Positions 1-10,789 are shown, counted from the whole stretch's first letter. The stretch: DNA of 62,445 nt, filler included, from Dugesia japonica (GCA_001938525.1; 6 parts of 6 records of this genome joined end to end with filler, not necessarily neighbours in it), one strand, 5' to 3'. A program made the numbers and translations. Notes: generated by a model not told the origin, from the letters alone.

Positions 1-581
1 AATAGGGAAACAACGATTTGAATACTCATATAGCAGCGTACTTATAAAAAAGAACAATAAATACGAATTTTACCAAAAATGGGGACTAGAAACTGACAAC
101 ACTAAACTCATGTGGCATAATCGGTTGGCTGAATAATATCAACAATAAAATTTAATAAAGACAACTGTGAAAATTATTAATTAAAATATCCAAATCAAAT
201 AAATAAAGAAAATTTTCATTTATTAATAAAGAAACCCAAAAGTTAATTAAAATTAATCTAATAAAAAGGAAATATTAAAGGAAAATTTCCACATCAAATT
301 ACCAATATGTGAATTGTAAACGACTTATTAATATAAATAATAAATTAAACGAAATTTGTTTTGAAAATAAAATTAAAAGAGAAACGAAAACTCCTGATCT
401 CTTCGATAAACATCAATCTAAAACTTACTTCTTTTTAATAAAATGATTAGGTATAATTATTTTTATTTTTTTTAATAACACAACAATTATCTCTTCAAAA
501 AAAATATAAAGATGAGATCAAACTCATTACCAGCTGAAAAAATGGGCGAATCAAAAACATAATAAAACAATCAATAATTGT

Positions 582-597
582 GGTCCTAAAGAGGACC
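582..597 (-). terminator. Histone-type 3' stem-loop, copy 1 (GGTCCT CTTT AGGACC followed by ACAA), not attached to a histone ORF
   Basis: Minus strand reads gagaatgagtaat-GGTCCTCTTTAGGACC-acaattattgattg. The 6-bp stem, 4-nt pyrimidine loop and 3' ACAA match the histone 3' stem-loop consensus. 21 nt are identical to the copy at 3275-3290. Confidence 0.6.
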
Positions 598-737
598 ATT
601 ACTCATTCTCAGTTTATCTAGATCCGGCATAATTTAATACAAAAAACTAATATCCAAAACAATAACTAAATTATCATCACCATAGAAAATTAATTTATTT
701 TGCTTTTGGCATCCCAATATAGTGATTTGATATATTG

Positions 738-1340
738 ATCTGGATGATCATTCAAATTCTCTACGAGTTCCATTTCCAAATCTACTACCAACATTACCAA
801 CTTCAGAACATTTTCATACATCTAAAATGAAATTCTACCATTTGAATCACCAACAAGAACATATAATGAAAAAAACCCAACGTTACAATATTATTACTCA
901 CGAAAATCTGGCCGCCAAATACTAAATTGTCCTAAAAAAGGATGTCGTAACAGTAGAAATAATATGAAAGAAGGCGAAGAAGTGCGTTGGGCAAACGGAA
1001 AATTAAAAATATGTACAAAACAAACTACGGGTAAAAGAGAGGAAATTTTGTACATGTTGAGCATAAATTCCGAAGAACCGCCTATTTTTGTTACAGTAGG
1101 AAAAAATAATCAATCATCTTGCAAAATTAACGGTATCATCGTAAATCAGGAAGAAAAGAAATTGAAAAAAGATACAATCAGAAAAAACTTGGAGGAGGCA
1201 GAAGCAAAGGGTAGGGAACATTTCAACAAATTATGAAACGGGAACAAGAAGAGAACAAAACTTATCAAGAATTCTCGGCCACAATAAAGGAGTTGACAAA
1301 AGTTGCAAATATAACAGATGAGCAAAGTATAATAGAATAT
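738..1340 (+). pseudogene. Degraded ORF of unknown function (includes ORF 964-1236)
   Basis: The reading frame extends upstream of the annotated ATG (NEILPFESPTRTYNEKNPTLQYYYSRKSGRQILNCPKKGCRNSRNNMKEGEE...) with a frameshift near 825. No family recognised. Confidence 0.25.
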
Positions 1341-1670
1341 TTCAGATTGGGTTTTATAGTGTTCAATAAACATTATCTGAAATTTTATAGTAGTCGATAA
1401 AGATTTTATGAAANNNNNNNNNNNNNNNNNNNNNNNNNNNNNNNNNNNNNNNNNNNNNNNNNNNNNNNNNNNNNNNNNNNNNNNNNNNNNNNNNNNNNNN
1501 NNNNNNNNNNNNNNNNNNNNNNNNNNNNNGAAGTCTCCAAATATTATATGAAATTGCACAGTAGTCGATAAAATTTTTATGAAATTGCACAGTAGTCGAT
1601 AAATATTTTATGAAATTGCACTGAAGTCGCAAATTATTTTATGAAATTGTATTATAACATTTTTTGAAAT
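1340..1670. repeat. Minisatellite, ~31-bp unit (gaaattgcacagtagtcgataaatattttat)
   Basis: Several tandem copies on both sides of the N gap at 1414-1529. Confidence 0.8.
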
Positions 1671-1914
1671 TTACATGAAGTATGCAAGATGAATGAATAA
1701 TATGTTGCATTACATATAAAGTTTTTGTCGAGTACAAGTGTGAGAATAGTGCTATATGAATGCTATTCACTCGGCATTCTAATATTACTCAATGAAAAGG
1801 AATACATGAAAATTATTGATTTCAATGCAAACAAGTTTCATGACCCACTAATGTATTCATATAATTACTTGGTAAAAATTGGTTTCAATTGTTAAAATTA
1901 TAGTGGAAAATATC

Positions 1915-2160
1915 TAAACATACACAATACTCGTTACCAACAACTATATCAACACAATATTTGCTATCCTCAAGTCTTAATACTTAATGCTCGCTACAAT
2001 TACGTCTTAACATATACAATACTCACTGTCGTCAAGTATTACCATACACAATACTCGCTACCATTAAGTCTTAACATGTACAATACTCACTAACAACATC
2101 TATATCAACGCTATACTCGCTACCAACAGCTCTTAACATACAGAATACTCGTTATCATCA
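1915..2160. repeat. Minisatellite, ~34-bp unit (aacatacacaatactcgctacc...gtctt)
   Basis: About 7 diverged tandem copies with a recurring aatactc core. Confidence 0.75.
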
Positions 2161-2250
2161 TTTACCTATTAATTATTCAGTTGATAGTTTAATCTGTTCA
2201 TCGCTTATTTCATATAGTCAACAGTAGGTAGATAGTAGCGCACTGAATCA

Positions 2251-2436
2251 GCCCCGCCAAGGTATTTTTTCCCCAAGGTCATTGATCTAGTGTACTAGAT
2301 TCTTATTGGTTGAAATAATTCAAGGTCAAATTTTCAAGGTCAGAGTGATATAGTATACTCAGTTCTGATTGGGGGAACATTTAAAGGTAGAATGGATGTA
2401 GATCATGACATTACTATGACAATCTTTATTAGGTCA
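2251..2436. promoter_or_regulatory. Cluster of GC box, nuclear-receptor (NR5A/ERR-type) half-sites and CCAAT boxes near the putative Polinton terminus
   Basis: GCCCCGCC 2251-2258; CCAAGGTCA 2273-2281; TCAAGGTCA 2320-2328 and 2334-2342; AGGTCA 2431-2436; ATTGG at 2305 and 2368; short hairpin atctag-tgta-ctagat 2285-2300. Confidence 0.45.
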
Positions 2437-2696
2437 ATGTCAACTATCATCCAGGCAGAAATAATATGAAAGTTCTCCGGGCAGACTTAGTATTAAAATT
2501 TCCTGTACAGGTTTAATATTTTTTGTTTTGTTGTATAAATTTTTTTTGTTTTAATTTATTAATTTAAAATGTCATTTTTTTAAACATTTGTTTTAAGTAT
2601 ATTTGTTACACTACTAATGAAAATAAAAAACAATTTTCAAACAAATATTTATTTGATAACATATAGTTAACAATCAAAATAGTCAAATTTATCTGT

Positions 2697-3230
2697 TTAT
2701 TTTTCTAAAAAGTCCGCACCTTTAATTATCAGTATTTCTTCTTCTATCATTGGTACATCTTCGACTGTTTTGTACATCGACCATCATTTCAACATCTGTA
2801 TATATTGTATATTTTCTAAGTTATTCATTATTTAAATAGTAAATAAATAAAAATATCATACCTATAGCTTCTACAAATGTTTCCTTCTCCTCTTCTTCAT
2901 TCAATTCTACAAAATTTTGTTGATTTTCATTAGAATAATTGATATCAATATATTCAACCATATCATCTATAACTTTATCTAAATTCATATATTGATAAAA
3001 TGAAAAATATTGATTTTGTTTATATTGACCATTGTTGCAACTTTATTTTCTTTGTTAAACTTGCATTCTTATTGCACACCTACATTACTCAAGCTCTTTG
3101 TATACTTGCATTGATGTTAAATTTTCTTTGTTTAACTTTCATTCATGTTGCACATGTATGACTCATGTTTTTGATGACTTGCATCTGTATTGCATTTTCT
3201 TTGTTTAAGTTTCTTTATCGAACTTATAAT
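2697..3230 (-). pseudogene. Small spliced acidic gene downstream of polB (Polinton accessory gene, degraded)
   Basis: Exon-like blocks DKVIDDMVEYIDINYSNENQQNFVELNEEEEKETFVEAI and ...EDVPMIEEEILIIKGADFLEK* are separated by a 46-nt GTATGA...TAG intron (2861-2816). There is a possible 51-nt intron (3029-2979), ~74-bp internal repeats at 3046-3215 and AATAAA on the minus strand near 2650. Confidence 0.4.
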
Positions 3231-3274
3231 TTTGAGCCCAAAAGAGGATTGATATACTCTCAATCCATATTTGT

Positions 3275-3290
3275 GGTCCTAAAGAGGACC
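3275..3290 (-). terminator. Histone-type 3' stem-loop, copy 2, in sense orientation downstream of polB
   Basis: Minus strand gtgaacgtgtact-GGTCCTCTTTAGGACC-acaaatatggattg lies 123 nt after the polB TAA (3414-3416). A 47-nt GTATGA...TAG intron-like segment (3374-3328) lies between them. Confidence 0.7.
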
Positions 3291-3413
3291 AGTACACGTT
3301 CACATATATACATTTTTCTTCTTTTTCCTAATTATAAAAGTTTTAAATATTATCTAAATAAAATAAAGTCATACCTTGAAGTAGATTGGATTGATCTTGA
3401 TTGATGAAAAGTA

Positions 3414-6400
3414 TTACAATGTATAATGCCCGTATGGTAAGCTTAAATTTTTTTCTGTCCATATTCGTTTATCATCCTTATTAGACAGAGCTACTTTCTT
3501 ACTTTTGATACTGCAGAGCTGATGATTTATTGATGTTATTCGAAATTGCTCTACTGAGACCGTTTCATTATTGTTATAACAGTCAGGATATGACTGATGA
3601 CAAATTCCAGTGTTTTTCAATGTTATGGCCTTAGCTTTTATTGATTCTTTCTCGCTAAGTAGGCTATAACACTTCGGTCTCAAAAATATCCATTCTTGAT
3701 ATTTCTTCCCTTTACTCTCATCNNNNNNNNNNNNNNNNNNNNNNNNNNNNNNNNNNNNNNNNNNNNNNNNNNNNNTGTTGTAATTGGACGTATCTAATAG
3801 CTGATCCTTCTTCATTAATCCGGTAAGTTTTTTCAAACTTATGTCTACCACTTCTAGGAAGAAACTATCGGTATCACCGGCTACAATATTTATCTTACAA
3901 TTCTCTTCCTGTCTGTACTTTTCCAACTGAATGTACTGTAATTGGTACATTACTGACTTTGAGAGGTCTAGTACAGTCTGTCCGATGTAGCTCGGTCGAT
4001 CCAAACAAACAATAGCTTTGTTCATTAAAACAGCTATTAGATCATTATCAATTTTAGTTGTTTTTCTGAATCCAGCTTTTGATGTATATGTCATCAATTT
4101 TTTAGCCAAATTACACAATCTTAAATTAATTCTTTTCTTTAAATTCTCAACTGTTTTACCATACAGGCTATTATTTATAAGGTTATAATAATTCTTCTCC
4201 AACTCTGATTTACATTCTGATCTTAATTTAGTGTTAACATCTATATATTGTTTGAAAATAGATGCCTGGCTGAACTTTACTTCTCTATGAACCTTTGTTA
4301 TTTGTACACCCAATTGCAAATAAATTTGCAGCAATCTCCAATGTGTAACATAACTTTGTTTCGGGTAATGAGTCAGCATTAATATTTTCACCTTACTACC
4401 TGAAGCACTTTGATGTTCTGCTGCAACAGGTAAATCATTTAGTTTATCTTGGATTTCTGCTGGTATAACCATATCTACTTCCAATGTGTATCGATATGGT
4501 AACAATTTGAGATCTCTTATTCTACATTCTTTCAATACTAAATCCAATCCAGTATATACCAACTCGAAATCGCAATAGGGCAATTTCTGACTTAATGCCC
4601 ATTCACATAGATTATTAATATCTATATATAATAAATCTGTATTTTCATTACTTACAACATGGTGTTTACTTACAAATGTTAGCCCGCCTCTTATACCCCC
4701 TTCAAAAAAGGTATACAAATCATTATCTGTCAACAATTCTATAGGCTCATTTAATGACATCAATGCAGATGCTCAACTCATACCCGGGATGCCAAAGAAT
4801 GTTAATGGCTCCAAATTATTGTGTGCCAAAGATTTATTTCTGAACTGTTGAAAGAAATCGGCTAACAAAAACACATCTAGTTTCAAATATACCAGCATAC
4901 AAAAGAGTGTTGCATCTTGTTATAGTCAAAATTTCGACTGCTTTTTGATAATCTTGCTCACTAACTTCCTCCCATCTTGGTGGTATTGTTGTTTCACCCA
5001 GAACTTGCAAACTGGTTGCATAATTATAAGGAAATATCCCCTTTGAGATTGTTAATCTGCTATCTTTAATTTAATTTGCTGTCTTTTAAGGATTTGACTG
5101 CTTCGTCCAATGAAGAATTAATAAATTAGTACGAGTCAATAAATCTGATTGTAATTTCTTTCAGATGTCCAATGAGACATAGGAATTTTTCTGATGTTGT
5201 TGGTATACACGATATGGTCAATGCGGAAATTTATTTAATCCGTACTTTAATATGTGGTGGAGGTCATATCCTCTCAAATTATGGAAGACTACTGGTAATT
5301 GATAGTTTATTCTTCTGCTCAAATTGCATTTATTACAGGCAGCTTCTATATACTTACCTGTAAAATGGTCATGATCCCGAACTGGATTACATAAAGGTTT
5401 TTTACACAAATGACATATTGTACTATGTTTAAATTCGATTTCTTGGTCTGAGCTCATAATTCGTTTCTTTTTCCTTCTTTGATATAATATAGATATACTA
5501 TATTATTACCAATTTCCTCCACTGCCTTTAGAAATTCATATAGGCATTCATTTTCAATAAACTGGCTGTATTTGACTTCATTGCTAAAGTTATTTACCAA
5601 CAACAGTCCAGCTGAAACAGCTAAATGTTTCTGGAATTTTTTTTCATCGCTTGGTAATATTGATTTGAAATCACCATATATTTAAAAAAGGGTGGAGTTA
5701 TAGTTTTGGAGTAATCTTAAAATTCTAGATTCTTTTCTCTCGGCATCTTGCATAATATGGTGGCCGTCTGAATTCTCTCGCAAAGTGGCTCATGAGTATT
5801 GTAAGCAGTATTATCCTTAAATTCATTAAGACAATTTTCACACCAGATTGATTGAATTCGAACATCACCAATTTTAATATCCCTGTTCATCAATCTATTC
5901 AAATTCATTATTACAATAAATTGATCTTATCTCCATCGCATTTACACCGATGTATAATGTCTAAATTCGGATGCTTCATGATAACATCTTCATCGTCCTC
6001 AATTGATTAAGGATTCCATGAGAAAACATTAATTTATAAGCCCGGGTTTTGTTTTTTCAAATTTTGGTATATCTGTAAGCTTCATTGGCATGTCCTCTTC
6101 ATCAAATACAAGTTCGGACATGTATTTTTGATAATTGGACACCCTACATTTATTATCTTTAACTTTATCTTGTTTAAGAATAGCGAAGATACTATATATA
6201 AAACACTTATTGTCAGTGTTCTGAATATTTAAAATTGCTTTTTTTTATAAAAGTTGACTGGGTAGGTATATAACTAAGGCCAGATAATCGGCTTATATCA
6301 GATACCTTGGTAATCTTAAAATATATTTCCAGTATGCTGCTCAGTATCCAACTAGACCCGAGTTCGCTTCGTATAGCTATCTTTTCCTTTGACTGTTTTA

Positions 6401-7069
6401 TTCCATCTTCAAAAAAAGAATTGCTTAATGCAACAGCTTGATTCGACAATCTACAAGTTTTTGTTTCTTCTTCTTTTTCGAATTCAAATTGGATCTTGAT
6501 ATTTTTTAATTCTTCAATAANTTTGAATAACTGCTCAATCAATGAGTTTGGTAAAACGATTTCTCTCGTATTCCACCTTGAAACATCCATTTTTAATATC
6601 TGGTGACATTTATATAAGTCACTTTCTATTATCACATCTTCATTGAGGGAGCCAACAACTTGTGCTTCTTCTTCACCTATAAAACTTTGCATGGCAATAT
6701 CTTCTTCATCCATTTCATCTATGATTTGAAAATTGCTACAATCATCTTCAATTATCTGAGATTCCACCTTTATTTCCTCATTTGAGATAACTAATAAATC
6801 TTCTTTTCGTTTTTTCATTGGGGGACGATCTATCTCTTTATCTAATATCATCCTTAATACTTGTTTCTTATTTATTCTAAACTGCCCTAAGTGGTCTGCA
6901 TGCAACCTATAAAAGTCTAAATATTCACCTATTCATATAGACCTACATGATGGGCATATGTAATACTTTTCCCCATAAAAGGATTAAGCATAGTATCTCT
7001 CCATAATACTATGGCAGTCACCTTTATGAGTCCGATTTGTACAAGAATGTTTGTACATTGTACAACATT
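3414..7069 (-). pseudogene. polB: Protein-primed DNA polymerase B of Polinton type, with endonuclease-VII-like insert; frameshifted
   Basis: ORFs 6213-6905, 5717-5908, 5218-5457 and 3414-4763 plus intervening frames give DNKCFIYS, GDFKS (ExoI), CHLC...VRDHDHFTGKY...CNKCN (endo VII-like), FHNLRGYD (ExoII), RFIDS, GIFPY, LKLDVFLLAD (ExoIII), EGGIRGG, YIDINNL (motif A), NNSLYGKT (motif B), GDTDS (motif C) and LRPKCYS. The N-terminus has a CPSC...H..H zinc-finger-like segment. Confidence 0.93.
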
Positions 7070-7987
7070 CTGGAAAAAATAAGTTGATTACATTAAAGTT
7101 TCATTTAAAAAGTATCATAAATTAAATTATAAAATAAATAAAAACTAATTTTTATCATAAACAGGAGCAGCAACAACAAGAGTAGCAACAACAGAAGCAT
7201 CATAATTCTAAAATAAATAATTTTAACAACTATCAACTGTTGATAATAAGTTTGCTTTAATTAAACTCTTCCTCTTGATACATCATTCACCTTGATTTAA
7301 ATTATTATAATTCTAAAATAAATTAATAATCATTAAATAATAAAAGTAAATTTACATTATCCATCATTAAACTTGTCGAATTCATATTTCGTTTATCGTT
7401 TATATTGACCATAACCTGAATGCGCATAATTAATAATATTGAAAATAGTTTACCTTTTCTTCGCTTAAATTATTATTTTTGATAATCTAAAATGTATATA
7501 TATAAAAGAGATATTAAAAATAACAAACTTACGTACCAAAATTATCGCTTTTAAAAATAGTTTTAATAAAAATGTGAAAATTTTTAAAAGTATCTACTTT
7601 AGTTTTTCTATCCCCTTTGTATGTGTGTATCATAATTTTTTCTATCCCCATTGATAAGGTGTATCAATAATTTTAAAATACCACAAAGTAGTATATTTAG
7701 TTGTGAAAAGAAATAATTTTTTTTGATATAATTTTAAAGTACTGCAACGTAGTATATTGTTACATTTACCAAGTTATTAGTCATGACAATAACAAAGGCA
7801 TGTTTTTGATTATAACAAAGGTCAATTAACTGCTTTATATTTTAATGATTTTAACAAAGATTAATTAATTATTTTTAAATTTATATAAAAATAAATCAAA
7901 CAAATATTTTCATATAATACATTTATTTACATGCAACATATACATTTTCAACTACAATGTTGATTATTTTTCACATAACGTCAATTT

Positions 7988-8292
7988 TCAGTTAGAATGT
8001 TGATTTTTAAGCCACAATTGACAATTTTGACCGCCGGTTGTTGTAAACAGATTTTGAAATCTAAATTTGCTAAATTCAATTGGCTTGGATATTTTTGAGA
8101 GATGTGAGACCAACAAATGTAGATAATAAAATCCAAGCGGATCAAAAACTGAAATAATTCAGTTTCCAACAAGATTTGATGTATCAGTATTGACGATTAA
8201 GGCTTTATTAACTAGAAAGTATGATAGTTTGTCTAATGGATACACCCCAACCATGACGATCCCAACAATTTTGATCCGACTTGATTAATCTG
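7988..8292 (-). pseudogene. Adenain-like (adenovirus/Polinton) cysteine maturation protease, degraded
   Basis: Manual translation with one frameshift gives QINQVGSKLLGSSWLG/VYPLDKLSYFLVNKALIVNTDTSNLVGN*IISVFDPLG...RFQNLFTTTGGQNCQLWL. This matches the GVYPxD, LIVNTD, FDxxG and Q....CGxxC pattern. The catalytic His segment is deleted and the Cys is mutated. AATAAA follows on the minus strand (7922-7927). Confidence 0.75.
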
Positions 8293-8364
8293 AAAAGAAC
8301 TAATAAAGTAAAATATTGAAATTAAATACTATACTTACTTCATAATTTTGATTATTTGATTATA

Positions 8365-8460
8365 TTAGATATTGTTTACACTAACATTAGTATTTATTTG
8401 GATTTTGCTTTCAAATACTCCATATATTATAACATATGCTGGCGCAGTCAAAGCTTTAGC
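8365..8460 (-). CDS. C-terminus of Polinton major capsid protein (double jelly-roll), 5' part beyond the scaffold edge
   Basis: AKALTAPAYVIIYGVFESKIQINTNVSVNNI* resembles the Polinton MCP end (F..AL....IVYAEF...I.ID....V). It lies directly upstream of the protease. Confidence 0.55.
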   Translation of the reverse strand, partial: AKALTAPAYVIIYGVFESKIQINTNVSVNNI

Positions 8461-8462
8461 AA

Positions 8463-8562
8463 NNNNNNNNNNNNNNNNNNNNNNNNNNNNNNNNNNNNNN
8501 NNNNNNTTAATTAATTAANNNNNNNNNNNNNNNNNNNNNNNNNNNNNNNNNNNNNNNNNNNN
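8463..8562. other. Artificial scaffold-joining linker (44N-TTAATTAATTAA-44N)
   Basis: Exactly 100 bp, with stops in all six frames. Identical linkers occur at 19694, 31390, 40166 and 50504. Confidence 0.97.
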
Positions 8563-8585
8563 GGAAACGACCTTGACCTACATTG

Positions 8586-8599
8586 GTTGCCATGGCAAC
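8586..8599. promoter_or_regulatory. Perfect palindromic RFX X-box (GTTGCCATGGCAAC)
   Basis: Exact consensus X-box next to ATTGG (reverse CCAAT) and ccttgacct half-sites, at a scaffold start. Confidence 0.5.
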
Positions 8600-9779
8600 G
8601 GGGGATTGCCCCCCCCTACCTGTTCTCGACTCCTCCATTCCCACTACTTTCAACTATTATTCTTGCATTTTTTTTTATAAATTTTGGAAATCATTAAATA
8701 AAATTTTTTTTTAATTTGCAGAAAATAATTGAAAATTTTAAAAAAAATACTAAATATAAAAAATGAAATAATAATTATTCATTATCAAAATCATTATTAT
8801 GAAATTTTAGTCTAAAAAAAAAATTATTTTCAAAATATTCTAATTGTTAAACTAAAATTTTTATGTTAAATTATTTCCTAATAAACTTTTAAAGTGAAAG
8901 TAAAATAAAGAAATGCAATTTATTTTCAATCAAAGGAAATTCATGTTTTAAAAGTAATAATAAAAAATTTTTCTTTATTATTAAAATTATTTATTATTAA
9001 TATTAAATTATTATTTATTATTTTGTTTATTAATTAAAAACGATTAAAATATTCCCACAAGAATTGTTTGAACATTTAAATAAATTTTCAAATTGGTCAA
9101 TATTACAAAATTATAATTTTGATATCAGCAATCGTTAAGCAAGTTAAAAAACATTAATTTAACTTTAACGGTAATTTATATTTGAAGAAATTTTAGTAAA
9201 TCTAAGTTCATTCTTTAACTACTTTTAGATGACACAAAAATATATTTAATATACCAAAAAATAATTACAATTACAGATTATTGATATGATTCGTTTTGAG
9301 ATATCGATTATTTAATTGATATCGTCTGGTGCATTGAAATTTTTAGACTGAATTAGATTTGTTTCTCATTTAATGGAATCCCAATCTATCGAAATCTCTT
9401 CATCATCAATCGACTTGTAATGAGGATAAATTCCATTGAGCCTTTTTTTCATAAGTCTAATTAATATCAACCAGCTTCATGTAAGAAGGAGAACCATTTA
9501 CAAGGTTTCTAGTATTATGTGAATTCCATATCAATTGGTTCCATTTGAGGATTGAGATTATTTTATTTTCGTGTTTGCTAATCATTGATTTTAGAAAGTT
9601 TAGACTTTTCATGATATCATCATTCTTCGATCTCCCAAATCCAAGGCATTTGACCAAAATTTTTAGAAGTTTCTTGAGGCCATCTTTTATTTTTTATACT
9701 TTGAAATATTGGCTTCGTGGCATTTTCCAATATTTTCCTAGCTAAAGTAATCGGGCAAGATTTGTTGAATTTTGAATAT

Positions 9780-10110
9780 TCTAAAGTGGCACTCAAACTT
9801 AACTTATGTTCTACAAATCTTTAATTTTCAGAGCAGCCTTTTTGAAATTGATGAAGAAAATTGTTTTTTTTTAATCAAAAGATCTAGTATTCGAGTAAGA
9901 ACTGCGACAAATATTTTGTATATTACAAGCAATAATGCAGTTGGACGCTAATAAGAAATTTTATTATATAAGTCTTTTTAATCTGGCTTTGGAATGAGAA
10001 CAATTTTAAATGATTTCTAAGCATTTGGTATTGATGCTGCAAATATTATTTTGTTGTATAAATGATTTAGTAGTTTTCCTTATGGATCAACATATTTGAT
10101 ATCTTTCTAA
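9780..10110 (-). mobile_element. Non-LTR retrotransposon reverse transcriptase fragment (R2/NeSL/R4-like), degraded
   Basis: SIPNA*KSFKIVLIPKPD*...SY*RPTALLLVIYKIFVAVLTRIL...LHQFQKGC...VEHKL corresponds to the N-terminal RT motifs. The conserved W codons are mutated to TAG. Confidence 0.7.
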
Positions 10111-10789
10111 TTAACATTATCTAAATTTCATTTAAAAGGAGTTGGTTCATCATGCCGAAAAAAGCTTTCAATATCCTCTATTGTCGGTTTTTCATCTGGA
10201 AGAAATGAGTAGACAGTTTCTTCATATTTTTGTTAAAACTTGTCGATATTTGATTGGTTTTGACAACAAATGGCTTGTTTGCAATTTGAATTTCTTCTGA
10301 CTTCAAACATTGATCTTTAATTATTTCAAAATTAGAGCCAGGATTTAAATTTTTGATTTTGGCAGGTAGCTTATTAGCTTTTATTATACGGGATTCTTTA
10401 TTAAGTTTCAATTTAGACAAAGAGGAATCAGATTTTACAGTTTGATTTGTAATGTTGTTTTTATGGATAGAGATTATCAAGTGTTGTATCCATTTCTTTG
10501 ATATTTAAGTTGATAAGTGAAAGAACAAGTGCAAAAGGTTTAAATCAAGTTTTTGCTAAATCTAGATTTTGATAAATAATGCGTATTAGCAATATAAGGG
10601 ATATAATTAACTAATTAATTTAAACAATATATGTATTTATATTTGTGTCACATAATTCCTATCGTAAGATCTTTGATTTATAATTAATGTTACATCTTAT
10701 GTAATATTAAGAAATGGAAATTATTATATCATAATTTAACCTATGATAAATGAACACATAGGTTGATATTTGATATAAGCAATTCTTTA

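Larger units (their letters stand above)
2234..8462 (-). mobile_element. Polinton/Maverick (adintovirus-like) element, decayed and truncated by the scaffold end
   Basis: Co-oriented minus-strand remnants of the major capsid C-terminus, adenain-type protease and protein-primed PolB. The left boundary is tentative (AGTAG.. at ~2234, next to a GC-richer motif cluster). The right side is cut by the linker at 8463. Confidence 0.85.

Noticed and set aside
1340-2160. 31-34-bp periodic repeats as a CRISPR-like array
   Set aside because: The units are contiguous diverged tandem copies without unique spacers, the context is eukaryotic, and there are no cas genes.
3046-3215. Repeated VQxE/IQ motifs as LC8 dynein-light-chain binding sites
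   Set aside because: The frame is too degraded to reconstruct reliably.
3274-3291. Hairpin as a bacterial rho-independent terminator
   Set aside because: There is no U-tract after the stem in the polB sense, the context is eukaryotic, and the shape fits the histone stem-loop better.
8507-8518. TTAATTAATTAA palindrome recurring five times as a possible biological motif
   Set aside because: It is always centred in exactly 44+44 N, so it is an artificial six-frame-stop linker.
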